A stretch of 64,000 bases of DNA from a virus. Taxonomy: Duplodnaviria > Caudoviricetes. Shown in pieces: positions 18,116 to 26,847 of the stretch. The stretch spans positions 1 to 64,000 of IMG/VR virus record IMGVR_UViG_3300031413_000603. One strand, given 5' to 3'. Within the stretch, counting starts at the first letter, position 1, and each line of letters starts with the position of its first letter. Below the pieces are notes generated by a model that had not been told where the DNA came from, did no database searches, and saw only the letters and a program-made list of their open reading frames with translations. The position numbers and the translations under genes were made by a program.

Positions 18116-18892
18116 TTAGGCCTGGTTTTTCTTGTTAATTTGAGCGCTAAGCCACAGTATGTATTTCCTCAATCCTGAAGCAAACAACGGAGTTTTCAAA
18201 GCTTTGTAATCTATTTCATCCAAAGGATCTGAAACTTCGTCGGGCCAATAACTGAAGTGATGGATGACAAGAGCTGAGTTAGCAGCAATTCCCTCTTCAT
18301 GTTTTTGCAAATCGTGGTTGAAGTGAGTGAAAAAGAACTCAGACTTCAGCTTCGGTGAGTTGAGCGCCAAATGGAATTTTTGCCTCCAGTATTCCTCGTG
18401 CTCCTCCAGAATAATTTTAAGTTCTGATCCCACTATCAAATTGCCAATTTTTTGCGCGCGAGCCAGATGCCGAGCGCAAGTTAGCCAGCTCAACCTATCG
18501 TCTTTGGGATGTGGTGGAACATCGCTTATCCATACACTGTATGCCCACTCATACGACTTAATAGCTTGCTCTAGGTACTTTTCATCTCGTATCCATTGAC
18601 GTTCATTTGCATAGGCTCTTCGAGTAAGGTCAGTACCAAGAGCGACAGCTGCTAGTGCAAGCGCGGCAAACAATGCATTCACACCTCCAAACAAGTCACC
18701 AAGCTGGCCGAGTTTTTCTAAATTGCAGTTGGCACAAGCGTAGTTGAGAAATAGCTGTGCTCCAATGCTCCCCCAAAAGAGCCAGAGTAGTGGTAGCGCG
18801 AGTACGATAGACCCGGCGATCACCACATAGCGATGCTTCTTCCAAAAAACTCCTATCTTTTGCCTCTGTGCTTCGCATTCATCCATGTCCAA
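18116..18892 (-). CDS. AT-rich moron: membrane-anchored protein, putative abortive-infection family
   Basis: Visibly lower GC than neighbours; TM helices; GQLGDLFGGVNALF motif. Confidence 0.65.
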   Translation of the reverse strand: MDMDECEAQRQKIGVFWKKHRYVVIAGSIVLALPLLWLFWGSIGAQLFLNYACANCNLEKLGQLGDLFGGVNALFAALALAAVALGTDLTRRAYANERQWIRDEKYLEQAIKSYEWAYSVWISDVPPHPKDDRLSWLTCARHLARAQKIGNLIVGSELKIILEEHEEYWRQKFHLALNSPKLKSEFFFTHFNHDLQKHEEGIAANSALVIHHFSYWPDEVSDPLDEIDYKALKTPLFASGLRKYILWLSAQINKKNQA

Positions 18893-19022
18893 ACCTGATT
18901 AGCGTTATTGAAAGGTTGCAACTCTACCTTTAAACATGGTTTAAATCGACCGCCAAGGCATCTCTCTCGCATTTTTCATGGGGTAGCCGCAGCAGATGGC
19001 CTTAAAGGCTCCTAGCCGCTAT

Positions 19023-19967
19023 TCACTCCTGCCGCTGCCCAACCCGCTTTGCTGCCTGGTCAAGAGCGGCTTTCTTCCCATCCTGCTGTAGCTCAAGCTT
19101 GGTGAACGGCTTTGCACCAGGTGTGGTCATGCTCCACTCCTTCATCCAGGGAAGAGAGATACAGCCGCAATGAATGACCTGCTCGATGGGCGCACGGGGG
19201 TCATGCGGACACTGCATCAGATCAACCCCACCGCCAGGGTTTGGTACCTTAAACGGTTCTTTGGCACCCACTACCTGGCCATCAATGAGGTCATGGTTCC
19301 ATCGACTGTGCGTCTTCCCGCTGCGACGCCATTGTTTGCCAATGCCAGGCACTAGTTCCTGGGCTTGCGCGAGGCGCTCATTAGATGCCAGAGCAAACGC
19401 GCGGCTTACCTCGGTGCGCACGATGGCCGCTGCTCGCTGGGGCGCATCGTTGCCAAGAATCTTCTGCACCTTCTTGATGGCGTCAAACGGTGACTTGCCG
19501 CCAATGGTGACCAGGCCGAGCTCGGTGCCGATCTTGCGCAGGGACTCGGTCCCAACGTCCCGCAGGCGCAGTGTTCCGAATGCACGCATTTGTTTGAGCA
19601 CGGTGGCATCGAGCTGAGACAGCTGCAGCTCTACCCTGTGTCCGATGATGGCCAGGGGCTTGTCCACAAATTCCTCGCCCAGGCTCCAGGCATCCTGCAG
19701 GCGTAAGCCGAACACGGTGCCGGCCTGGCCAGTCGCGCCCGTCAGCACATCATCGATCTGCCCCAGCAGGCGAGACAGCTGCCACAGCTTCCAATCCGAT
19801 GGCTGGCTGGCCAGAGTGGCCTGGATCTGGGTGCGGGCTTCCACCAGTGTTCGGAGCACCTCGGCTTCACTCGATAGCAGCAACCTGGCGCGCTCGCGCA
19901 AGCGAAGCGAGAGCTCAGCTTCAAATGCGCGGCGCTTCTTATCCGCTGGATCAGGCTTGGTTGCCAT
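19023..19967 (-). CDS. Head morphogenesis protein (Mu gpF / SPP1 gp7 family)
   Basis: RA..IVRTEVSRA, KQWRRSG..HSRWNH, HCGC motifs. Confidence 0.88.
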   Translation of the reverse strand: MATKPDPADKKRRAFEAELSLRLRERARLLLSSEAEVLRTLVEARTQIQATLASQPSDWKLWQLSRLLGQIDDVLTGATGQAGTVFGLRLQDAWSLGEEFVDKPLAIIGHRVELQLSQLDATVLKQMRAFGTLRLRDVGTESLRKIGTELGLVTIGGKSPFDAIKKVQKILGNDAPQRAAAIVRTEVSRAFALASNERLAQAQELVPGIGKQWRRSGKTHSRWNHDLIDGQVVGAKEPFKVPNPGGGVDLMQCPHDPRAPIEQVIHCGCISLPWMKEWSMTTPGAKPFTKLELQQDGKKAALDQAAKRVGQRQE

Positions 19968-21501
19968 TTACCAGCTCGCTATCTGCATTGCCCTTGTCTT
20001 TGGCCTTGGCCGCAGCTTCATTTTTGGCTGCATTCAGGTCGCCGGGCAGGTTGGTGAACACGTCGCTGGCCGCTTTCTCTTTGGCACGCGTCTGGGCTTC
20101 CTGACGTGCAGCTTCCAGCTCAGTCTTGGCATCAAAGTCTTGGCCGAAGCGCTGGGCCACATCAGCAACGATCTTCAACGCAGTCTCTTCGGTCATCAGG
20201 CCTGCATCGATCAGCTGAATCACCGCTGTCACCACAGTCTGCATCGCGCTGGCAAACTTGGTGAGATCACGGTTGAGTAGCTCTGGGAATACGGCGGTGA
20301 CCTGCCATTCATCCTCGGACCAATCTGGCGTTACACCTCTGGTACGGGCATTGCACAGCAGAAGATAGCGGCCGATCTCTTCAAGCATCAGCTTCAGGAA
20401 CGACTGCCGGCTGCTGTACATCTTGAAGGTGGGCTCACCCATCTCAGAAGCCGCTGCGCGGTTCACGTCACCCCCACCCCCAAACCAGTGCTCGGGCATG
20501 GTGCTGCCGCCTAGAACCTGATTGCGCAATAGGCGTGCGCTCTGGCTAGTGTCTGCCGATTGCAGCTCTGGTGCCATGGGTTTGAGCTCGACCTGGTCGT
20601 TATGCACAAAGGTGCTGTTGGGGCCAGGTGGCACAAACGTCTTCTCATACTTGGCGACGGTCGCTTCATCAGCGCCCTTGAGGGTGACGTCCCAGACGAA
20701 CGAGCGAAGATAGCCGATGCGGTCGATCTCACCAAACAGAAATTCGTCGTAGGCATCGAGCCAATCCATCTGACCCAGAAGATCGGACCGGCCACGGCTC
20801 CCATTGGGAAACTTGTTGAGCTGGTACAGCACGCAGTCGCCATCCGTGAACGACTCGGCCCGGATGCGCGTGGTGTTAGCGCTGAACAGTTCTTGATCCT
20901 CTCCAAGGACGATGACGCGGTATTTGAACTGGCGTCCACGGCTATCACGCTTGGTGATCACGCCAATGGGCTGCTCTGGGTTGTCCGGGTCGTTGACCAC
21001 GGTGGCGATCTGGCGCGGGTCCAAGTAGCCAAAGCGCACAAAGCCGTCACCCTCACGCACATTAGCGATATAGCACTGCTCACCCATGAGACCCAGAGCA
21101 CGCACTCGAGGCTGCAGCTTGAGCGGCCAGTTGTTGATGGGGTCAGACCAGAACGAATTGAGCAGCTTCTGGTGCTCTTCATTCTTGCATTGCAGGGTAA
21201 CTCCCTCGGCCAGCAGATAGGCCAGTGGCAGCTCCACCAGGCGGTTGGCCAGGAGGTTGCTCTGCCACAGGTGTTCGGCCAGCTTCTGCATGCGGTCCTG
21301 GGCCATGGGCGCCAGGTCGCGCTCATTGATAGAGTCCAGGCCGTTGCCAGTCACCCGGCGCCAACCGGCTTCACCATCGCCCTGGGCGCTTGCGGCTTCC
21401 CGCATTGGTGCCGATGCTGGGCTTACGGGTGTGGTCGGTGCATCTGAGAGAGCTGAAGTACCAAGGCCTAGCGCGGCCTTAAATGTGTTGAACCATCGCA
21501 T
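19951..21501 (-). CDS. Portal protein
   Basis: 516 aa after terL; GRSDL, GG..MPEHWFG motifs. Confidence 0.82.
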   Translation of the reverse strand: MRWFNTFKAALGLGTSALSDAPTTPVSPASAPMREAASAQGDGEAGWRRVTGNGLDSINERDLAPMAQDRMQKLAEHLWQSNLLANRLVELPLAYLLAEGVTLQCKNEEHQKLLNSFWSDPINNWPLKLQPRVRALGLMGEQCYIANVREGDGFVRFGYLDPRQIATVVNDPDNPEQPIGVITKRDSRGRQFKYRVIVLGEDQELFSANTTRIRAESFTDGDCVLYQLNKFPNGSRGRSDLLGQMDWLDAYDEFLFGEIDRIGYLRSFVWDVTLKGADEATVAKYEKTFVPPGPNSTFVHNDQVELKPMAPELQSADTSQSARLLRNQVLGGSTMPEHWFGGGGDVNRAAASEMGEPTFKMYSSRQSFLKLMLEEIGRYLLLCNARTRGVTPDWSEDEWQVTAVFPELLNRDLTKFASAMQTVVTAVIQLIDAGLMTEETALKIVADVAQRFGQDFDAKTELEAARQEAQTRAKEKAASDVFTNLPGDLNAAKNEAAAKAKDKGNADSELVNGNQA

Positions 21502-21504
21502 GGC

Positions 21505-21684
21505 TTAGCCCTCCATCTGCAGCTCGGCGCCCACCAGGGCGAATGCCATGCGACCGTGGTCGTTGTGGACAGCGACGACCTCGCGCAGCTTGGCTGCTGC
21601 GAGCTCAACGCCATCACGGTCAGCAGGCGGCAGATCGGCAATGGCGCCTTTGATCAGCAGGAGGGTAGCTTGTTCTTCAGTCAT
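21505..21684 (-). CDS. Small hypothetical protein
   Basis: 59 aa, ATG 21684 right after the terL stop. Confidence 0.65.
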   Translation of the reverse strand: MTEEQATLLLIKGAIADLPPADRDGVELAAAKLREVVAVHNDHGRMAFALVGAELQMEG

Positions 21685-21685
21685 T

Positions 21686-23356
21686 TCATCCTCGGCGATA
21701 CATGCGCGCCGACTGGCGTGCATAGCGCTCGCGGGCGCTTTGGTGTTGGTGGTTGGTGTTCCCGCCCTGGGCTGCAGCGGCAATGCCGCCCGTGACGGCC
21801 AGCATGTAAAGCATCTGCACCATGTCGGGACCGTCATCGTGGTCGGCCTTGGGAAAGTGGCGGAACTGGTCGATCAGAGTGGTCTGGCTGGAATGCAGAC
21901 GGATCAGGCCGTTATGCATATGGGGCTGCAGGCTCTCGATTCGCAGCACCTTGTCGCTGATGGGGGTCAGGGCGCGCGCTGGCACAGGAATGCCAGCCTG
22001 GGCGCTGCGCTTGACCAGCTCGGTGCGCAGGAATTCCTGAAACTGCACCGACTCGATGCCCCAAACAATGCAGCAGTACTCGGCCTGCATCTCGATCACA
22101 TCGCTGATGATGCGGTCGGGCACGCGCTTTTTGATGACAGCTTCGACCACGTCCAGGATGCCGGTTTCGCGGTTGTAGCCGCCTACGCCAATGGCGCTGG
22201 GGTCGCGGCTGTTCCCAGCCTTGCCGAGCGACGGATCGCAGGCGCCATAGAAAATCCAGTCCGTCAGGCGATTGACCCAGAACCGGATGGAATTGGCAAA
22301 CGGGGCATCGTCGCCCGCCGTAGGGTCGTTCTGCTGCTCGCTGTCAAAGGCTGCGTGACCTTCACGGGCGCGGCGAATCATGAGCTTGACCAGGGGCCGC
22401 AGCGCAGGCCAGGACACCTGGGCGCCCTTGTCCATTTCTGCCTGGTTCTCCTGGTAGAGCCGCATGGCAGCGGCCTCGCCCAACTGCGGCGTTTCGCCGG
22501 CGATCAAGAGGCCTTCAAACTGCTCCCACAGGTCCATGCGGTCGGGCCACCGAATGACGGCTCTGAAAACCTTGTGATTCCAGAGCGGGTTCTTGAGGAA
22601 GCGGGCGAGCACGCTGTCATAGTGCAAGACAGTGCCAACCAGGATGGCATCCATGGAGTCGTCTGGTGGTCCGAGCGACAACACGCTCTTGGTGACAAAG
22701 GCCTGCAGCTTGTCGCGCTGGGCCGGCGTGTTGACGTTCTCGTCGTTCTCGATGTCATCACAGATGGCCAGATCTGGTCGGTGAGCACCATGTCGTCGAC
22801 CCCGGATTTTCTTGGACGAGCCAAAGGCCTCGACCTTACGGCCGTTGGCAGTGACGATCACGCCGGCACGCCACACGCGGCCCTGGCCACAGGCTTCGGG
22901 GAAGTCGCTAGCAATGCGCGGGTTGGCTTCGAGCTCGGCCTTGATGGCTTCGAGCATCTCGGCGGCCTGCTCGAATGCATCCATCACGATGATGACGTAC
23001 CACTTGGCACCTGTTATCAGGCACCAAGTGGCAAAGCTCATGCTGATCTTTGTGGACTTGGCCTCACCTCGAGGCGCTGCAATGGCGTCGCGCTGGCCCG
23101 TGGATGCATTGACGATCTCGGGCAGGCGTTTGTAGAGGTATTTGTGCAGCTCGCTGGGCTCGGCCTTGCCATAGTGCGGGAAGTAGTGCCGATCCCAGTA
23201 CTCAAATCCGTTTACCGGGTCACAGACCAGGCGGCGACGCTCTGCAATGGCTGCTGGGCTGTTGTCCCAGCCATCCATGTTGGCATCGACCTGCTTACGC
23301 AGATCGTCGGCCAGCGCTGCCAGGCCTGCCAAAAAGTCTTTACTGCTCTTGGCCAT
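21686..23356 (-). CDS. terL: Terminase large subunit
   Basis: APRGEAKST Walker A, ICDDIE Walker B, GACDPS and HDDGPD nuclease motifs. Confidence 0.93.
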   Translation of the reverse strand: MAKSSKDFLAGLAALADDLRKQVDANMDGWDNSPAAIAERRRLVCDPVNGFEYWDRHYFPHYGKAEPSELHKYLYKRLPEIVNASTGQRDAIAAPRGEAKSTKISMSFATWCLITGAKWYVIIVMDAFEQAAEMLEAIKAELEANPRIASDFPEACGQGRVWRAGVIVTANGRKVEAFGSSKKIRGRRHGAHRPDLAICDDIENDENVNTPAQRDKLQAFVTKSVLSLGPPDDSMDAILVGTVLHYDSVLARFLKNPLWNHKVFRAVIRWPDRMDLWEQFEGLLIAGETPQLGEAAAMRLYQENQAEMDKGAQVSWPALRPLVKLMIRRAREGHAAFDSEQQNDPTAGDDAPFANSIRFWVNRLTDWIFYGACDPSLGKAGNSRDPSAIGVGGYNRETGILDVVEAVIKKRVPDRIISDVIEMQAEYCCIVWGIESVQFQEFLRTELVKRSAQAGIPVPARALTPISDKVLRIESLQPHMHNGLIRLHSSQTTLIDQFRHFPKADHDDGPDMVQMLYMLAVTGGIAAAAQGGNTNHQHQSARERYARQSARMYRRG

Positions 23357-23493
23357 TACCGCTGCTCCAAAGAGTGCAGGTAGACAAACAGCCACTTAAA
23401 CTGCCACTGCTTGTTGCCGTAGCATTTAAAGCGAGGCAGCAAACACCAGTCACGTGGGTCCATCAAAATGAGTACGAGATCACGTTGCGACAC
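23356..23493 (-). CDS. Unannotated 45-aa ORF (MSQRDLVLILMDPRDWCLLPRFKCYGNKQWQFKWLFVYLHSLEQR)
   Basis: GGAGG SD 5 nt before GTG; TAATG overlap with the terL start. Confidence 0.55.
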   Translation of the reverse strand: MSQRDLVLILMDPRDWCLLPRFKCYGNKQWQFKWLFVYLHSLEQR

Positions 23494-23581
23494 GGCAACC
23501 TCCACCAGCAAGCAGTAGTAGCAATGCCTTGCCCCAATGGCCTTCTACCAAAAGCCAGACAAACAAGATGGCGCTTAGCAT
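23480..23581 (-). CDS. Unannotated 33-aa hydrophobic ORF (MLSAILFVWLLVEGHWGKALLLLLAGGGCRVAT)
   Basis: ATG 2 nt after the terS stop; overlaps the next micro-ORF. Confidence 0.5.
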   Translation of the reverse strand: MLSAILFVWLLVEGHWGKALLLLLAGGGCRVAT

Positions 23582-23583
23582 CG

Positions 23584-24081
23584 CTATCGCACCTTCGCAA
23601 GCTCTGCGCCAAATGGCTCCAACATCTCGACCAGCGCCGAGAGGTGCTGCGGGAACTGTTGCTGCGCAAATGAGGCAAAGCGCTGCAGGACGTCGAGCTG
23701 CACCGCCTGGCGGTCAAGCTCGGGATTGAGGCGCTTAAAAGCAGCCATCGTCTTGTTGAAACTGTCGCTCATGCTGGCGAGCGTTTCAGCACGGGCCATG
23801 GCGGACATGTCCTTGGCATCGCGCAGCAGATCCATGGTGGCCTGGTGCTGTACCAGGTAGTCCTCGAGCAGCTTGGTCGAGAGGGCTTTAAAGTTGTCAT
23901 CCCCCAAGGCCACGGCTGCTCGGCCCGTATCCCAATCGTCGCCTTGGGCAGCGGCTTCCTGCTTCCAGCGATTGGCCGTGCCGCGTGGTACACCGAGCTT
24001 TTTGCAGGCAGCATCCATCGGCAAGCGCTGAAACACATACAGGCCGCGCAACTGGGTGCGTTTTTCCTTGCCGTGTGCCAT
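23584..24081 (-). CDS. Terminase small subunit (DUF1804-like HTH)
   Basis: N-terminal HTH (LGVPRGTANRWK...GDDWD), upstream of terL. Confidence 0.75.
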   Translation of the reverse strand: MAHGKEKRTQLRGLYVFQRLPMDAACKKLGVPRGTANRWKQEAAAQGDDWDTGRAAVALGDDNFKALSTKLLEDYLVQHQATMDLLRDAKDMSAMARAETLASMSDSFNKTMAAFKRLNPELDRQAVQLDVLQRFASFAQQQFPQHLSALVEMLEPFGAELAKVR

Positions 24082-24377
24082 CAGTTGCCCAGCCCGCCGC
24101 CGCCACGTATGAACTGACGAATGCCTTCGACCACTAAGGCAGTGCCAACAGCGACCGCACCACCCGAGACTGCACCAGCCACGGCGGCTTTCTTCTCGAC
24201 CTCGCGCAGACGCTCATCCAGGCCTTCGTAGTGCTCCTCCATGCGCGATTCCATCCGGTCCATCCGGCGGTTTTGCAAGTCCTGGCCTTCCTTGATGGAC
24301 TGCACCAAGCCATGGATTTGACCAAGGATGAAATCCTGGTTGCTGCTCTTTGGGGTGTTGTTATCCGATTGGTTCAT
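24081..24377 (-). CDS. Coiled-coil protein with C-terminal TM (lysis/packaging junction)
   Basis: ATGA overlap with the Rz stop; AAVAGAVSGGAVAVGTALVV TM. Confidence 0.7.
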   Translation of the reverse strand: MNQSDNNTPKSSNQDFILGQIHGLVQSIKEGQDLQNRRMDRMESRMEEHYEGLDERLREVEKKAAVAGAVSGGAVAVGTALVVEGIRQFIRGGGGLGN

Positions 24378-24928
24378 GGCTGAGAGTTGGTCTTTGTGCC
24401 GGTCTGGTTGAACAATTGGGCGCGGCACGATGCGTAGGCCGCATTGATGGTTTCTGCCTCGGCAATTACTGCTCCAAGGCGCTCCGAATTTCCCTGTGGA
24501 AGTAGCCCGTAGGTTTGGGTTGGGTCTGCTGCACCAGAGTTGATGGCGGGGGCAGGTTGACCCTCGGAGCTTCCACCACCTGACCCACAGGCTGGGGTGG
24601 TGGTGACGATGCGCACCCGAACAGGCCGGCGCTTGAGCTCATCACCAAGGCGAGCAATTTCCAGTTTTGTGGATTCATCGGTTTTCTCCTGCTGCTGGCG
24701 GTTGCGATTCAAAGCAGCCTGTGCGGTATCGCGCTCAGTGGTGAGCCGGTCCAGCGTCTTTTGCGCATTGCGGTTTTGCTCTCGCACATCAGCCTGCAGG
24801 CTCTGCAGGTCTTTGGTCGCGATGGTCGCTTTGGATCGGTAGTGGTCAGTGCTCCAGGAGAGCAGCAGCACCAGCGCAGAGGCTGCGAGCAGGAGCCATC
24901 GCGTAATGGGACCAAGGATTGGGTTCAT
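24374..24928 (-). CDS. Rz: Rz-like inner-membrane spanin
   Basis: N-terminal TM, periplasmic coiled coil, follows the endolysin. Confidence 0.8.
   Translation of the reverse strand: MNPILGPITRWLLLAASALVLLLSWSTDHYRSKATIATKDLQSLQADVREQNRNAQKTLDRLTTERDTAQAALNRNRQQQEKTDESTKLEIARLGDELKRRPVRVRIVTTTPACGSGGGSSEGQPAPAINSGAADPTQTYGLLPQGNSERLGAVIAEAETINAAYASCRAQLFNQTGTKTNSQP
24466..24678 (-). CDS. Rz1: Rz1-like outer-membrane spanin embedded in Rz
   Basis: Lipobox LFGC, Pro-rich, in a different frame wholly inside Rz. Confidence 0.8.
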   Translation of the reverse strand: MNPQNWKLLALVMSSSAGLFGCASSPPPQPVGQVVEAPRVNLPPPSTLVQQTQPKPTGYFHREIRSALEQ

Positions 24929-25563
24929 GGCTGCGCCTTCCAGGTGCTGGTGGCAAAGTCATAGTTGGCACGTAGCAAAGCAACGCCCTTCAAGCAGCTG
25001 CTGCGCTCTTTGAGACGCCGGTTGTAGAGCCCCTGCACATAGCGGTATTCCCATGCGCCATCGGCCGTGCGCTTTCCCGTCTTGGTATAGCTCCACGCTG
25101 GCGTGCCGTCAGGACCATGCGCCAAGGCATCGCAAGCTGCCTCGTATTGCTTGGTATTGAGCAAGCCCATGGCCCTGCTTGCGCAGGTCGAGGGCTCACC
25201 AAAGTTGTGCCCGTGGGAGGAGAAGGCGTCCAGAATGGGCTGCGAGACCGGCACCCTGATGCAGTTCAGCACCTTTGCCTGGCCGCGACCTGCGACCTGG
25301 CTGCCTACTGACCAGCATTGCTGATCGGACCAGTAGTCGCCCAGCACGACAGGGACAGGACTGACGGCCTTGGTGAGTCCTACGCAGGCGGTGGGAATGC
25401 CGCCTGCTACGTTGTCTGCATAGACGATGTTTTTAAAGCGAGGCGTGCCATCGGGCTTCGGCGGTCCATCTTCGTAGTTGGACAGATATGCGACATAGCC
25501 GGCACCGCCCAGCACAAGCGGGATGCCGAAGCGGATAACAGTTTGGCCGAGTGATTGAGACAT
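24925..25563 (-). CDS. SAR endolysin (GH24 lysozyme)
   Basis: Gly/Ala-rich N-terminal TM (FGIPLVLGGAGYVAYL) then E...YAD..GGIPTACVG; GL..RR..E C-terminus; start ATG 25563. Confidence 0.85.
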   Translation of the reverse strand: MSQSLGQTVIRFGIPLVLGGAGYVAYLSNYEDGPPKPDGTPRFKNIVYADNVAGGIPTACVGLTKAVSPVPVVLGDYWSDQQCWSVGSQVAGRGQAKVLNCIRVPVSQPILDAFSSHGHNFGEPSTCASRAMGLLNTKQYEAACDALAHGPDGTPAWSYTKTGKRTADGAWEYRYVQGLYNRRLKERSSCLKGVALLRANYDFATSTWKAQP

Positions 25564-25569
25564 GCCTCG

Positions 25570-25617
25570 ACTGTCGTTGCGCCGAGGCAAATAAATAAGG
25601 CCAGCATATGCTGGCCC
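25570..25617 (-). promoter_or_regulatory. Putative Mor/C-activated late promoter (lysis operon, Plys-like)
   Basis: GGCCAGCA-TA-TGCTGGCC dyad + TTATTTATTTGC + GACAGT -10, with ATG 7 nt downstream. Confidence 0.75.
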
Positions 25618-25676
25618 TAAGAAGGACGATGCCCTTTTTTAGGATACATGGGCTATCGCAAAGATGCAATGCGTGG

Positions 25677-26123
25677 TCATCGCTGATTCTGAATTGATGT
25701 TACGACTCCATTATTGGTGTAAATGTAGACGTCGCTATCGCGGTAGACGAACTGCTTAAAAATGCCAGTTGCATTACGTGTGACATTCACCTTGCTTGCG
25801 GGAGAAACAACACCAAATCTTGAGCACTGCAGAAACCTATCTTCAGTCCATCCTATTTCAGGGTAGCTGGGCAGATCATCCATTCCGCAAGTCTTTGCAG
25901 CATCACGGATTCTCTTGTCTAGGATGACACCGTAATTGTCTAGGGAGTTGGCTGATTTGGTGTTTCGGATGGTCACCTCTTGGCCTTTGTCCGATGCCGT
26001 GCAGGGCTGCTCCTGGTAGCTGACTTTGCCCGAAGCGTCAGTGCATTTGTTGATCGCCCATGTGGAAGGGCAATAGGCAGACCCCACGATAAGTGAGGCA
26101 GCTGCAATAAATCGAATAGTCAT
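25677..26123 (-). CDS. DUF4124-type exported protein (repressor-operon moron)
   Basis: Signal peptide then INKCTDASGKVSYQEQPC. Confidence 0.75.
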   Translation of the reverse strand: MTIRFIAAASLIVGSAYCPSTWAINKCTDASGKVSYQEQPCTASDKGQEVTIRNTKSANSLDNYGVILDKRIRDAAKTCGMDDLPSYPEIGWTEDRFLQCSRFGVVSPASKVNVTRNATGIFKQFVYRDSDVYIYTNNGVVTSIQNQR

Positions 26124-26134
26124 GAGTACCTCAT

Positions 26135-26833
26135 TCAATCAAAAGTAATACCACCCCAGCGCACACGGCCAAGTATTTCGAAGTCTCGACCTTCTTCGGT
26201 CACATCGATCTCGAACGATGCAAAGTCGGAGTTTGCGCTGCTGACATGGAACATCTTGTTTGGGAAACGTTGAATCATTTTTATAAGTAGAGCCCCATCG
26301 ATTCTTATTCCATGAATGCCTTCCGCACGCACATCAGTCGCCCTTCGGTCAAGCATGACCGTGTCCTTGGACTTCAAGTAGGGCTGCATGGATTTGCCCT
26401 CAACGGAAACTAGGCTCAGGTCGTTGTGATGGATATCCAGTTCTTGGCGAATGTATTTGACATCAAAAGGGCGCATCGCAATGACACTCTCAACGTCAGC
26501 AAAGAGACCATTGCCCGCTGATAGAGCGACATCGAAGTGCGGCACAAAGACGTAGTCGCCTTGCTCGATAGCTTTCGTATCGATTGGGACCTGAAGTGTC
26601 CTCATCTGGCCTGTGAGTAGCCATTCAGGTGTGCATTTGCCAATCTCTGCCATGCGCAAAAGTGTGAAGGCATCTGGAACGGTCAAGCCACGCTCGAACT
26701 TGCCAATGGTGTTGACGTGTAAGTCAAGTTGTCTGGCGAATTCATCACGCGAAATGCCGCTCCTGCACTCACGGATGCGGTCGCCCAAAGACGCCGCATA
26801 TGCGTCACGAATTTCTGTGCTGTTTTCCGTCAT
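26135..26833 (-). CDS. Prophage repressor, XRE HTH + S24 peptidase
   Basis: N-terminal HTH; SAG cleavage-type site, GKSM catalytic Ser; divergent from ner. Confidence 0.9.
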   Translation of the reverse strand: MTENSTEIRDAYAASLGDRIRECRSGISRDEFARQLDLHVNTIGKFERGLTVPDAFTLLRMAEIGKCTPEWLLTGQMRTLQVPIDTKAIEQGDYVFVPHFDVALSAGNGLFADVESVIAMRPFDVKYIRQELDIHHNDLSLVSVEGKSMQPYLKSKDTVMLDRRATDVRAEGIHGIRIDGALLIKMIQRFPNKMFHVSSANSDFASFEIDVTEEGRDFEILGRVRWGGITFD

Positions 26834-26847
26834 CTACATATTTTAGT

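Noticed and set aside
20560-23383. Long + strand ORFs opposite portal and terL
   Set aside because: Same antisense artefact.
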